A stretch of 64,000 nt of DNA, taken from Candidatus Poribacteria bacterium. Its GTDB lineage: Bacteria > Poribacteria > WGA-4E > GCA-2687025. The DNA is taken from positions 1,920,001-1,984,000 of the forward strand of contig OY762492.1 in assembly GCA_963665845.2 (NCBI GenBank), in the 5' to 3' direction. The notes under the pieces were generated by a model. The model made no database searches and was not told where the DNA came from. It worked only from the letters and a program-made list of their open reading frames with translations. Made by a program: the position numbers and the translations under genes. Shown piece after piece: positions 11,001-19,601 of the stretch (positions within the stretch are counted from its first letter, which is position 1; each line of letters opens with the position of its first letter).

Positions 11001-12370
11001 ACGCCGGCCGTCTGCATCGTTTCGAAGCTTCGTTCGTTACGCCGTATGTCAGGATGAAGCCAACCGCATTCTGGAGACAGCCAGCCGGCTTCGCCTAAAA
11101 GCTCCCGCAGCGCCTGGCTGTCGGGATAAAACACATTCTCCGCTTTCATATGCCCCTCAAGCGTCGGGATAAGCGCCCTCTCTTTCATCGCCTTTTCCAG
11201 CGTCCCGACGATACGCCCAAACTCCTCAGGCACGTTGTCCCCTTTATCCCTTTCATCCCCCTTCAGAGGCAGCGCATTAAAGAATGCCGGCTCAAGCAAC
11301 CCGCCCGTCTTTAGCATTTCTAGCGTATCGGGCAGAAGATCGGCGGTTTCTTGAACCAGCCATTCGTTCCATCGGCTGTCCTTCGGTGTTGCGATATTGT
11401 CGCGGGAGGGGGTCGTCTGGTACCGCGCCTGAATCAAGAATCTTAGGCGCGTGACCATCTGGGTAGGAAGATACGCGAAGAGCGCGCTTTCGTCGCCCAT
11501 CGCGACGATTTTGCTGTCCTCCAATTTGAACGCGACCTCAATCGTCTGCTGCTCCTCCTTAGACCTTTGTACACGTTGTCGGTCATCATCATCCTCTGCT
11601 TGTTCCAAAGCCCAGTCCATTACGTCATATGGAGGGCGAGCTTTCTTGGAAAAAACGAGGAACTCCTCCGAGGACTGATCGCCGCCGTTGAGCGAAGCGG
11701 TCAACTTGACGCGCTCAACCAACACATTCTCTGGAACATCCTGGATGTTGCCATACGGACAGCGGCGACAAGAATAAACGCCTTTTTGCCCATTGCGCTT
11801 GTCCATCCATGCCACCTTTTCAAGATGGCGAAGGAAAAGCAGAGTCCGCTCTTTTGATAAACTGCAGAGCCGATTATTCAAGCCGTCAACATCGCCAGTT
11901 TTAAGACTATCTTTGAAAGGCAGCCTAAAAACGGTCTTGCCGGTCTCAATCAACCGCACTACTTCGGGCGGCGTCACTTGAGTTCCCTCAGGTTCGACGA
12001 AATCGCGGATACGAAAACGCTCGTCTCCAGAGTAGATTTCAGGGCTGTCTGTGTAGTTATAAACAGCCTTGAAGCCGATGCCGAATGTGCCGATATGCGT
12101 CAGATCCTTATCACTTGAACCAAGCGAGCAAATCCCGCGTACATCCGTTTCATCGAACGGTCGGCCATTGTTCCAAACCGTTAGCGCGTCTGAATCCAGA
12201 TGCAGCACAAGTTCGCAACTGCGGCTGTCGTCGGCATTCTGAATGAGCTCATCGACAAAATGCGTTTTGTCATTGTAAAGACTCTTATAGGTTCGCTCGA
12301 CTTGAGGCATTATCCATGCCGGATCCTTATGATCTTTACGAATCTTCTCGTAGTCGGACGCCATGGGCAC
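8060..12370 (-). CDS. Sacsin/NOV-like GHKL ATPase protein with C-terminal PD-(D/E)XK (NucS-like) nuclease domain
   Basis: N-terminal ELIQNADD, NNGRPF, IGTFGIGFKAVY. C-terminal ESDRHRKLKEYL...IEYKFASGNQVDILMED...VEVE. Visibly lower GC than its flanks. Confidence 0.8.
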   Translation of the reverse strand: MPMASDYEKIRKDHKDPAWIMPQVERTYKSLYNDKTHFVDELIQNADDSRSCELVLHLDSDALTVWNNGRPFDETDVRGICSLGSSDKDLTHIGTFGIGFKAVYNYTDSPEIYSGDERFRIRDFVEPEGTQVTPPEVVRLIETGKTVFRLPFKDSLKTGDVDGLNNRLCSLSKERTLLFLRHLEKVAWMDKRNGQKGVYSCRRCPYGNIQDVPENVLVERVKLTASLNGGDQSSEEFLVFSKKARPPYDVMDWALEQAEDDDDRQRVQRSKEEQQTIEVAFKLEDSKIVAMGDESALFAYLPTQMVTRLRFLIQARYQTTPSRDNIATPKDSRWNEWLVQETADLLPDTLEMLKTGGLLEPAFFNALPLKGDERDKGDNVPEEFGRIVGTLEKAMKERALIPTLEGHMKAENVFYPDSQALRELLGEAGWLSPECGWLHPDIRRNERSFETMQTAGVKTVGIDDALSWLEKQDAEWFEKRPDDWIRRLYAYLEKNESKIERIKTLPLIRLKNGKHVCADKKLAFFLPDAEEEREGLKPFLNELPILQASLLDGDQHGRVKLFLKNLGVREMNPEDVISKCILPLYSQDRQGKPSIERNRLHILYLCEFWDELSGYEHRPLREKASETPILRAYRGVRPEAFDFVKPSVAYLPEAYTGDADLETYFSAYDGDVWFVDGSYMEDASKRKSWLPFLKKMGADDAPRVIDDRIEYTSVDMTVFYKELAKRSCEWEKTTNLDKTYIEDRDIHGLQTILSHIKANKDINLARASWRLLVRRLHVYRDRWSKQKFFDGTYHWYYRTDKSASFEARFYRRLKETAWLPDEQGNFHRPSELFAPNSENRDLLGDSVAYLHPDFDVSKDNGLAEKLGAHLDADTDSVLGYLESLSKKEAAESSVEKVEPIYRFLAEQGESLSYEFKRNRLIFTSNPEPRWCRSDEAFWEDQSAVFGDLCGYLEKNNYDPALKQFFTEVGVSENAAFSDYARVIREIPSKERAEDEEVRSRVKTLYRRIMLHLQEGGGSLEDEWEKTRDGKCWLGKKGDAWGFFSLKELVWEDDKHRSELFAGKVPFWAFNDDLLVLAKLLRIKGCRQASAAKFDKVGPQPEVEIWSEEARRLYPYIHDFLNSERLGKECKNSAEFLKRLSVFRAEKITAKYELNGLNEVSVDDPNPRQSFLDKENERLWLGGANERAYPDLIGDALQDFFGVGELREFVKDLLTSGGSYDDVRQRWEPRGFKPDQCLLSPAPMPKQDPEQEPVQKPHPTQKPEPVRNLDPTPISDPIQPRPPHVDRPGGGGTGHSSGQSHSHPGSGGGGGGSGESDRHRKLKEYLANNPTLLGPGLEKAYIEYKFASGNQVDILMEDSSGNLVTVEVEVYFTSLRHGMWQAVKYKHLAAVEFGFSCEDVRGILAAPSIPDDIKRECKRRGVEPFEVSESIMKEALD

Positions 12371-12406
12371 TCCTATGTGGTTCAGCTTGTCGGCTTACTC
12401 TGGCCG

Positions 12407-14254
12407 CTATTCAGGTTTGACCGCCTCTTTCACCGCCGCCGCCATCGCCTTTGCCGAGATGCCTTCATAATCCAGCAGCTCGTCGGGCTGTCCGCTTTGC
12501 GGCATTTTGCGCACCGCGAGCGAGATGACGCGATAGGAGTCCGCCCCCAGCTCTTCGCCGAGGGCGCTGCGCACCGCTTCGCCGATGCCGCCCTCCGCAA
12601 AATGATCCTCCGCGACGATGACCGCGCCGGTCTCCCGCGCCGCCTTGACGAGCGTTTCCCGATCCAGCGGCTTGACGCTGTAAAGGTCGATGACGCGCAC
12701 GGAGACGCCCTCTTCGGCGAGCGCGTCCGCCGCCTTCAGCGCCTCATGGAGCGTCACCCCCGCCCCGACAAGCGTTGCCGCGTCGTTCTCCGACGACCGC
12801 AGCGTCTTGCTTCCGCCGATGCGGAACGTCTCGCTCGGATCGTACAGAACAGGCGTCGACATCCGCGTCGTCCGCATATACACGTTGCCCTCATGCCGCG
12901 CCGCCAGCTCCACCAACTGATCGGTCTGAACCGGATCGGACGGATACAGCACGACCGAGTCAAGCAGCGTCCGAAACATCGCAATGTCTTCCAGACCCAT
13001 CTGCGACGCTCCATCCTCGCCGATGGAGACGCCCGCATGCGAGCCGACATACTTGATGTTGCAGCCGGAGTATTGGCTCATGCGTATCTGGTCAAACGCG
13101 CGGGAGAAGAAGGCGGCGAAGGTGGACACAAACGGCGTCTTTCCGCGCCGCGAGAGTCCAATCGCCGCGCCGACCATGTTCTGCTCGGCGATGTACATCT
13201 CAAAAAACCGGTCGGGATACGCTTTCTGGAAGGTCTGCGCGTAGGTCGAATTGCTCGTCTCGGCGTCCAGCGAAACGATGCTTGGGTGGTCGGGATGGAT
13301 GCGGGCGAGCGCGTTTCCGTATGCCTGCCGCGTCGCCGCCTTGTCGCCGAGCTGGTACTGGATCGTTTCTACAGGCGCAGGCGCGTTCGCCGACGCGTCC
13401 AGGTCTGCGGGGAGATGCACAGTACCGCGGGCAGAGTCGTCAATCTCCCCCAGCTCCTGAACCGCCTGATCGCACTGCTCCTGCGGCAGCGGCTTGCCAT
13501 GCCAGTCATCCTCATCTTCAACCATCGACGCGCCCTTGCCCTTGAACGTTTTGGCGATGAGCATGGACGGCGCGCCCTCCACCTGTAAAGCGGCGCGATA
13601 GGCGGCGTCGATCTCCTCATGGCAATGCCCGTCCAGCAAAAACGTCCTCCAACCGAACGCCTCGGCGCGCTGCCGATAAGTTTCCAGGTCATGTTCAAGC
13701 ATCGTCGTACCGCGCTGCCCAAACCTGTTCACATCGAGAACGGCGGTGAGATTGTCCAGATGGTAATGGGAGGCGAGAGCCATCGCTTCCCAGACGGAGC
13801 CTTCCGCCGTTTCGCTGTCGCCCATCAATACAAACGTGCGGTACGGCAGCTGGTCGATGGTCGCGTTCAGCGCGATGCCGAAACCGATGGAGAGACCCTG
13901 CCCCAGCGACCCGGTGGGCGCTTCGGTGTAGGGGAAGGCGAGCGTCGGATGCCCTTCCAGCGGGCTGCCGAACTCGCGCAGGCTCATCAGCTCCTCTTCG
14001 GTCAGTTTGCCGGCGGCATGGTAAAGGGCGTACAGCAGCGGCGCGGCATGCCCCTTTGAAAAGACGAGCCGGTCGTTGTTGGGATGAGCGGGATTGTCCA
14101 GGTCCGCTTTGAAATGCCCCCCGAACATGAGATTCACCATCAGGTCGGTCGCTGAAAGAGCCGTTGTGGGATGTCCAGAGCCGGCTTTTGTGGTGGAAAC
14201 AAGGCAGCTGCGCCGAACGAGCCGCGATAAGTTTTCAAGAGCGCGCATGTTCAT
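12407..14254 (-). CDS. tkt: Transketolase (short, 615-aa type)
   Basis: GSGHPTT, FSKGHAAP, TGSLGQG, GDSETAEGS, IAEQNMVG, GEDGASQM. Confidence 0.93.
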   Translation of the reverse strand: MNMRALENLSRLVRRSCLVSTTKAGSGHPTTALSATDLMVNLMFGGHFKADLDNPAHPNNDRLVFSKGHAAPLLYALYHAAGKLTEEELMSLREFGSPLEGHPTLAFPYTEAPTGSLGQGLSIGFGIALNATIDQLPYRTFVLMGDSETAEGSVWEAMALASHYHLDNLTAVLDVNRFGQRGTTMLEHDLETYRQRAEAFGWRTFLLDGHCHEEIDAAYRAALQVEGAPSMLIAKTFKGKGASMVEDEDDWHGKPLPQEQCDQAVQELGEIDDSARGTVHLPADLDASANAPAPVETIQYQLGDKAATRQAYGNALARIHPDHPSIVSLDAETSNSTYAQTFQKAYPDRFFEMYIAEQNMVGAAIGLSRRGKTPFVSTFAAFFSRAFDQIRMSQYSGCNIKYVGSHAGVSIGEDGASQMGLEDIAMFRTLLDSVVLYPSDPVQTDQLVELAARHEGNVYMRTTRMSTPVLYDPSETFRIGGSKTLRSSENDAATLVGAGVTLHEALKAADALAEEGVSVRVIDLYSVKPLDRETLVKAARETGAVIVAEDHFAEGGIGEAVRSALGEELGADSYRVISLAVRKMPQSGQPDELLDYEGISAKAMAAAVKEAVKPE

Positions 14255-14267
14255 TTCCAGTTCGTTT

Positions 14268-14417
14268 CTAATTCAGACCGCGGGAAACGGAGAGCCGGAC
14301 GCGCCTTTTTCGGCGGCGCCGGTTGATCGTTTGCCGTCCCTTAGATGTTCTCATACGCCGGCGGAACCCGTGCTTGTTTCGCCGCTTCCGATTGTGCGGT
14401 TGGTAGGTGCGTTTCAT
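14268..14417 (-). CDS. rpmH: 50S ribosomal protein L34
   Basis: [30 protein letters not shown] lies upstream of the ATG at 14417. Confidence 0.97.
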   Translation of the reverse strand: MKRTYQPHNRKRRNKHGFRRRMRTSKGRQTINRRRRKRRVRLSVSRGLN

Positions 14418-14466
14418 GTCGCGTCTCCTGCTTCGTTGCATACGCAGCGTTGTTAACTCATAGGCG

Positions 14467-14495
14467 ATGGTAGTTTGAATCGGCGCATAAGTCAA
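14467..14495 (-). promoter_or_regulatory. sigma70-type promoter of rpmH-tkt
   Basis: TTGACT-N17-TACCAT on the minus strand. Confidence 0.7.
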
Positions 14496-14506
14496 GCCGC
14501 ATCTCG

Positions 14507-14530
14507 AAGCTTGCCCTTAAAGTTGGGACA
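14507..14530. repeat. Solo degenerate family A terminal repeat
   Basis: AAGCTTGCCCTTAAAGTTGGGACA matches the GACCT-N9-AGTTGGGACAT ends found elsewhere. Confidence 0.6.
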
Positions 14531-14575
14531 ACTCTGATAATGACGAGGAGCTGGGCGGAGGCGTCAAGCGAATCG

Positions 14576-16387
14576 TTAGGCGCGGAACAGGTCGCCCATG
14601 CGTTTGCCGAGTATCTTTGCCGCGACGAGCAGGCTCGCCGCCAGCAGCCCCATCGCAAAGACGCCCATCGCGCTCGCCACATACGGGCCGTCGCCCAGCC
14701 GCGTCGAGAGGCGGTAGATCACCTTCGTGATCGGATCGAAGCCGGAGCGCAGACCGGCGATGATCAAGCTGTCGGACACCTCCAGCATGGCGAATGAGAA
14801 CGCGAGTATGGCGCCCGCAATCAGGTTCGCTGTCACCAGCGGCATCGTGATTTTCCAGAGCGTCCGCATCGGGCTGGCGCCGAGGTTCTGCGACGCCTCC
14901 TCCAATGTAACGCTGGTCTGCTCAAAGCCCGCATACGCCGAACGCATCATATACGGCAGGCGGCGCACCGCGTAGGCGATGATGAGCAGCCAAGACGGGT
15001 TCACGCGCGGGTTCATGAACCCAAAAATCGCCTCCTCTCGGAACGGACCGACGCCGAAACTGCCGACATAACCGAACGCGATGACGATGCCCGGCAGCGC
15101 GAGCGGAAGCATGGCGGTCGCGTCCAGCAGGTTGCGGAACGGGATGCTGCGCCGCGTCAACAGCCACGCCAACGCGACGCCGAGAATCAGGTCGACAGCG
15201 GTGCTGGCGACCGAGTATTTGAAGCTGTTTTGAACGCTCAAAAACCCTTCCGACTGTCCGCCCTCATCCGTTGCGAAGGCGGCTTTGTAATGATCGCCGG
15301 TGAAGTTGCGCGGAAGAATGCTGCCTTTCCACTCGATCTCCTCATAAAGCGAACCTGACCAGGTGCCGGCTTCGGCGGCGGAGGTGAGACCGACGCTGAT
15401 ATGCGGAAGCGTCGCAATGAAGGTGATGCCGAGTATGGCGCTGTAGATGAGCGGAATCTGCCAGCCGCGCGCCGGGCGTTCGCGTGAGCCGGTGTGTCCG
15501 CGCGGAAGCCCCGCTCTCGATTTGGAGCCTGTCAGCTTTTTTGCCAGATAAAAGAACGCGACGGTCAGGACGATCACAATCACCACCAGGGCGTAGGCGC
15601 TCTGCGAGGTCGCCATCTCCTTGCTCGCGTCAAAGATTCGAACGGCGACGACGTCTCTGTAATCGAACATGAGCGGCGTTCCGAGATCGGTGAACGACCA
15701 GATGAAGACGAGGATGGCGCCGGCAAAATATCCAGGCATCATGAGCGGCAGCGTGATCGTGCGAAAGAGGGTGAATTTGTCCGCGCCGAGGTTGCGCCCC
15801 GCGTCTTCCAGCGTCGGATCGACGTTCGACATGGAGGCGGCTACGTTTAAGTACATGATCGGGTATAGATGAAGCGTGCCGAGAAAGACGACGCCCCAGA
15901 ATTTGCTGGTCTCGCTTCCGCCGAACCAGTCGATGGCGGTTGACCAGTCCATCAGCCCCATTTTGATGAGGATCATGTTGACGGAGCCGAACTCCGAGAA
16001 CAGCTGCTGCACGCCGACCGCGCCGACAAACGGCGGCATGATCAGCGGCACCAGCAGGACGCCCTGGGCGATGCTTTTGCCGGGGAACGACCAGCGCGTC
16101 ATGAGGCGCGCGAGCGGAAGGCTGATGAGCGTCGTCGCCGCGGTGGTCGCGAGGGCGAGCAGAACGCTGTTGACAATCTCCCGCGTTTCCTGCTGGTCAA
16201 GCAGAAAGAAGCCGACGTTCAGGCTTCCGCCCAAGAAAAACGCCTCGCGCAGAATATACCCGATCGGATAAACCAGAAAAAGCAGGAAGAAAAGAACGAC
16301 GCTGACCAGAAGCGCCAGCGTCGGCGTTGTCAAGCCGCGCTGGCGCAGCCATCGTTCCCATCGGCGTTGTTGAAGCGGCTCTTTCAC
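14576..16387 (-). CDS. Fe3+/thiamine-type ABC transporter permease (two permease domains)
   Basis: Two EAA loops (LEDAGRNLGA, LEEASQNLGA) and many TM segments. Confidence 0.9.
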   Translation of the reverse strand: MKEPLQQRRWERWLRQRGLTTPTLALLVSVVLFFLLFLVYPIGYILREAFFLGGSLNVGFFLLDQQETREIVNSVLLALATTAATTLISLPLARLMTRWSFPGKSIAQGVLLVPLIMPPFVGAVGVQQLFSEFGSVNMILIKMGLMDWSTAIDWFGGSETSKFWGVVFLGTLHLYPIMYLNVAASMSNVDPTLEDAGRNLGADKFTLFRTITLPLMMPGYFAGAILVFIWSFTDLGTPLMFDYRDVVAVRIFDASKEMATSQSAYALVVIVIVLTVAFFYLAKKLTGSKSRAGLPRGHTGSRERPARGWQIPLIYSAILGITFIATLPHISVGLTSAAEAGTWSGSLYEEIEWKGSILPRNFTGDHYKAAFATDEGGQSEGFLSVQNSFKYSVASTAVDLILGVALAWLLTRRSIPFRNLLDATAMLPLALPGIVIAFGYVGSFGVGPFREEAIFGFMNPRVNPSWLLIIAYAVRRLPYMMRSAYAGFEQTSVTLEEASQNLGASPMRTLWKITMPLVTANLIAGAILAFSFAMLEVSDSLIIAGLRSGFDPITKVIYRLSTRLGDGPYVASAMGVFAMGLLAASLLVAAKILGKRMGDLFRA

Positions 16388-16409
16388 CGCGGCTCCCGAT
16401 TCGCGTTCA

Positions 16410-17759
16410 TCATGGCGTCCTTCTGTTGAGCCGCTTTGCCGCGTTGTATTTGTCGCCGGCGAATTCGCGCCATTCCGAGACGGTACGCTTGCGCGTCAAG
16501 GCGTAGTCGGGGTCGTTCCATGACGTGGCAAGCTCCGCCGCTTCCTCTTCGGTGATGGGCATTTCGCCCAGTTTGAGCCGCGCCGTCTGCGCCCCTTTGC
16601 CGACCGCCTTCCAGCTTGAGGTCAGGTCTTTGTGCGCGTCGATGATGAGAGCGCCGAACAGATCGTTCACCAGCGTCCAGCGCGCGCCGCCGACATCCGG
16701 GTCGTATTCGATGGCGTTCTGAATTTCAAACGGGTTGCCCTTCACGACGGCTCGGCCGTCCGCCTCGTCGTACAGCTTCGGCAGAACGCTCAATCGGGCA
16801 AGCGTTTCCTTGCGCGGACCTTCAGGGTCGCCCTTCGGCAGTATCAGCAGCTTTTGCCCTTCCGGCGAGAGGCAATGCTCCACAAACAGCTTTGCCAGCT
16901 CCATATTCGGCGCGCCTTTCAGGATCGCGATCGGGTCGGGGTTGATGACGGAGAGTCCGTCCGGCATGACATAGGTCAGCTTGTCTTCCCCTGCTTTGGC
17001 GATCTGGGCGTAGGCGTAAAAGTCGATGACCGGACCGTAAAAGACGCTGCCGCGGGCGACTTCGCCTGGCACATCGCTGGCGCCTTCGGTGAATTGTTTC
17101 ACATTGCCGCCGATTTCATGAAGTATCTGCCAGCCGCGTTTCCATCCGTACGCCTGCAAGATGATTTCGTACACCATATGGGCGCTTCCGCTGTTGCGCG
17201 GGTCGGCGGCGGCGATGCGCCCTATCAGGCGCGGGTCGGTCATATCCTCCCATGTGGCGATGGTCGGCAGCTTGAACCGCTTCACCATCAGATTGTTATA
17301 CATCATGCCGAAGCCGGAGAGAGCGACGCCGTACCACCGCCCTTTTTCGTCATAAACAGGGACGCCGGCGATCTTTTCTCCGATCCGCTCCAACTGCTCT
17401 TTAGGAAGAACATGCGGCTCAAAAAGCCCCTTTTCAGCAAATTCGATGTAGGAGTCGACGCCGCCGCCGAAGAACAGGTCGACGTTGATGCTGTCCGGCG
17501 ACCGCTGAAATTCGGACTGAATGAAACGCTTGATGTTGGAGGTGCCGCCCTGGTCAAGCCATTCGATCTTGACGGAGCGGTTATGCGTCTCGCTCATCCA
17601 TGCGGCGAAGCTGCTGGTGAACTCGTCCAGCATCGCTTCTGGGTGGGGCGAAACGCCCCGCAAGGTTTCTTGGGCGTTTGCGGAGAGCAGGGCGCCGGCA
17701 AAGAGCGCCAGCAGAACGGCGGAGCGAAAAGGTCTATGCATGGAAGCGTCTTTCCTCAT
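16410..17759 (-). CDS. ABC transporter substrate-binding protein (AfuA/Fe3+-like)
   Basis: Signal peptide, DLFFGGG, ADPRNSGS, INPDPIAILKGAPN. The true start may be the second Met. Confidence 0.88.
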   Translation of the reverse strand: MRKDASMHRPFRSAVLLALFAGALLSANAQETLRGVSPHPEAMLDEFTSSFAAWMSETHNRSVKIEWLDQGGTSNIKRFIQSEFQRSPDSINVDLFFGGGVDSYIEFAEKGLFEPHVLPKEQLERIGEKIAGVPVYDEKGRWYGVALSGFGMMYNNLMVKRFKLPTIATWEDMTDPRLIGRIAAADPRNSGSAHMVYEIILQAYGWKRGWQILHEIGGNVKQFTEGASDVPGEVARGSVFYGPVIDFYAYAQIAKAGEDKLTYVMPDGLSVINPDPIAILKGAPNMELAKLFVEHCLSPEGQKLLILPKGDPEGPRKETLARLSVLPKLYDEADGRAVVKGNPFEIQNAIEYDPDVGGARWTLVNDLFGALIIDAHKDLTSSWKAVGKGAQTARLKLGEMPITEEEAAELATSWNDPDYALTRKRTVSEWREFAGDKYNAAKRLNRRTP

Positions 17760-17908
17760 TGAACGGCGGGGCGTATTCGAAAGATGAGAGACGGGTTGAG
17801 AATCAGGTACAGCAGCGCCGCGGCGATGACAAGGTACACGATGGCGCGTATGGTCGCTCTTTTGGCGGCTCGCTGCCGTTCTTCAGGCGTTTTTTGATGT
17901 TGCAGCAT
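17756..17908 (-). CDS. Small single-TM protein (50 aa), absent from the ORF track
   Basis: MLQHQKTPEERQRAAKRATIRAIVYLVIAAALYLILNPSLIFRIRPAVQ. AGAGG lies upstream and the stop overlaps the next ATG (ATGA). Confidence 0.55.
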   Translation of the reverse strand: MLQHQKTPEERQRAAKRATIRAIVYLVIAAALLYLILNPSLIFRIRPAVQ

Positions 17909-17973
17909 GCGCTTGCCTCTTGCGTTTGCGGCGGCGTTGCGGCGGCGTTGCGGTGAAACGCGCGCCTGCGTTT

Positions 17974-18002
17974 ATTGTAGCCGTTTTTTGAACGGGGGGC
18001 AA
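17974..18002 (-). promoter_or_regulatory. sigma70-type promoter of the ABC operon
   Basis: TTGCCC-N17-TACAAT. Confidence 0.6.
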
Positions 18003-18013
18003 ACGGACGCTCC

Positions 18014-18563
18014 GACCTCATGCTGAAAGTTGGGACAGGCTGAACGACCAAAGCCTTTATCGATGGAAAAACGCGCCGCCAACCGGATCGTCATTCCCGC
18101 GTAAGCGGGAATCCAGAGGCGCCGCAGAAAACGTCCGCACTCACCCAATTGTCCGGCGGCACAAATCGTTCCCCGCTTCCGCGAGGACATGCATTCCCGC
18201 CCTTGCGGTTAAACGTGCGGGAATCTTAGCCGCCGTTGTCGTCTGAACTAGGATTGCCAAGATTGAAAAGATTGCCAGGAGAATTCCTGCAGACCGCTGT
18301 CTTGGCAATCTTAGCAATCCTTCAATCCTAGTTCAAAACCGACGCCAACCCGCGCGCTAAAACCCCCCTAGCCCCCCTTTTCAAGGGGGAATCGGACGCG
18401 CCGCGCCGCGAATATCCCTGTATGGGAGTACTACCCTCCGACCTCATGCTGAAAGTTGGGACAGGCTGAACGACCAAAGCCTTTATCGATGGAAAAACGC
18501 GCCGCCAACCGGATCGCCCCCCGCTTCCGCATGCCGACATGTCTCAACTTAAGACGTGAGATC
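18014..18563 (+). mobile_element. Mosaic of MITE-like modules: family A left part, palindrome C (18244-18335), hairpin plus family B right end, and a second family A copy (18440-18563)
   Basis: About 75-bp direct repeat at 18014 and 18440; TGAACTAGGATTG...CAATCCTAGTTCA palindrome; terminal ATGTCTCAACTTAAGACGTGAGATC. Confidence 0.8.
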
Positions 18564-18574
18564 AGTCCGCTCCC

Positions 18575-18603
18575 TTGAACGCTGCGGGCGGTTAGCGTAT
18601 CAT
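18575..18603 (+). promoter_or_regulatory. sigma70-type promoter of the FAH operon
   Basis: TTGAAC-N17-TATCAT. Confidence 0.65.
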
Positions 18604-18647
18604 AGGCTTAGCCCGCACATCTCATCAGGCGGAAAGGCCGTTCGGAT

Positions 18648-19601
18648 ATGAAACTGTTGAGCTACCATGAACCGGGGCTAGGCGCCCGCATCGGCGTCCT
18701 GACGCGCGACAACGCTGTCATCGACATCTCGACCGACGAAGCGCCCGGCCTCCTAGAGCTGCTGCAGATCTGCGCAGAGGAGCGCGTCAGCCTAAACGTT
18801 CTTGCCGCCGAGATGCAAGAGCGCGCCGCGAACGCCAGAGCGCGCCCCGCGCCATGGGAATCGGAGGAGGCGACGCTGTACGACGCGCTCAACAACCCGC
18901 CGCATCCCGACAGCCGGCATCTGCTGCCGCCGATTCAAGCGCCCGAAGTGTGGGGCTGCGGCGTTACCTACAAGCGCAGCTCCGATATGCGCGACGACGA
19001 CGCCGAAACGGACATCTATTCGCGCGTCTACCATGCCGACCGCCCCGAGATATTTTTCAAGGCGACGGCGCGGAGCGTTGCGGGGCATCTGGGGAAGATC
19101 GGAATACGGCGCGATTCCAAACTCACCGCCGCGGAACCTGAACTGGCGCTGGTTCTCGGCGCCGACGGAAACATCGCCGGGTACACGCTCTGCAACGACG
19201 TCTCGGCGTGGGACATTGAACGGGACAATCCGCTCTATTTGCCCCAGTCTAAAACGTATAACGGGTGCTGCGCGCTGGGGCCGGTTTTCGTTACGCCCGG
19301 CGAAATCGACGACCCGTACGACCTTGAGATTGTCTGCTCGGCGCGAAGAGGGGATGAGGAGCTGTGGAGCGGAAACGTCAACACCAGCCAGATCAACTGG
19401 AAATTTGAACGGCTGATCGAATATCTGTTGAGAGACAACGACTGCCCCGTCGGAACCGTGGTCGCCACCGGAACCGGCATCATCGCCCCGAACGACATAC
19501 CGCTCCAGCATGGCGATATTGTCGACATCCATTGCGAACCGATCGGGACGCTCTCCAACCCCGCCGAGCAATTCAGCGATGAAACGGACTCGCATGCCTA
19601 A
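18648..19601 (+). CDS. Fumarylacetoacetate hydrolase family protein (2-keto-3-deoxy-pentonate dehydratase-like)
   Basis: EVWGCGVTY.RS, RPEIFFKA, EPEL, NDVSAWDIE..NPLYLPQSK, TGTG. Confidence 0.87.
   Translation: MKLLSYHEPGLGARIGVLTRDNAVIDISTDEAPGLLELLQICAEERVSLNVLAAEMQERAANARARPAPWESEEATLYDALNNPPHPDSRHLLPPIQAPEVWGCGVTYKRSSDMRDDDAETDIYSRVYHADRPEIFFKATARSVAGHLGKIGIRRDSKLTAAEPELALVLGADGNIAGYTLCNDVSAWDIERDNPLYLPQSKTYNGCCALGPVFVTPGEIDDPYDLEIVCSARRGDEELWSGNVNTSQINWKFERLIEYLLRDNDCPVGTVVATGTGIIAPNDIPLQHGDIVDIHCEPIGTLSNPAEQFSDETDSHA

Noticed and set aside
8040-12420. Direct repeats flanking the sacsin-like gene
   Set aside because: Only short weak matches (ACAAGCT; TGAA.GAGGC), not distinguishable from chance.
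12200-13588. Long plus-strand ORF (likewise 16632-17762, 32145-34042, 41948-43477, 53478-55601, 59708-60613)
   Set aside because: These are antisense shadows of well-supported genes, as expected at high GC.
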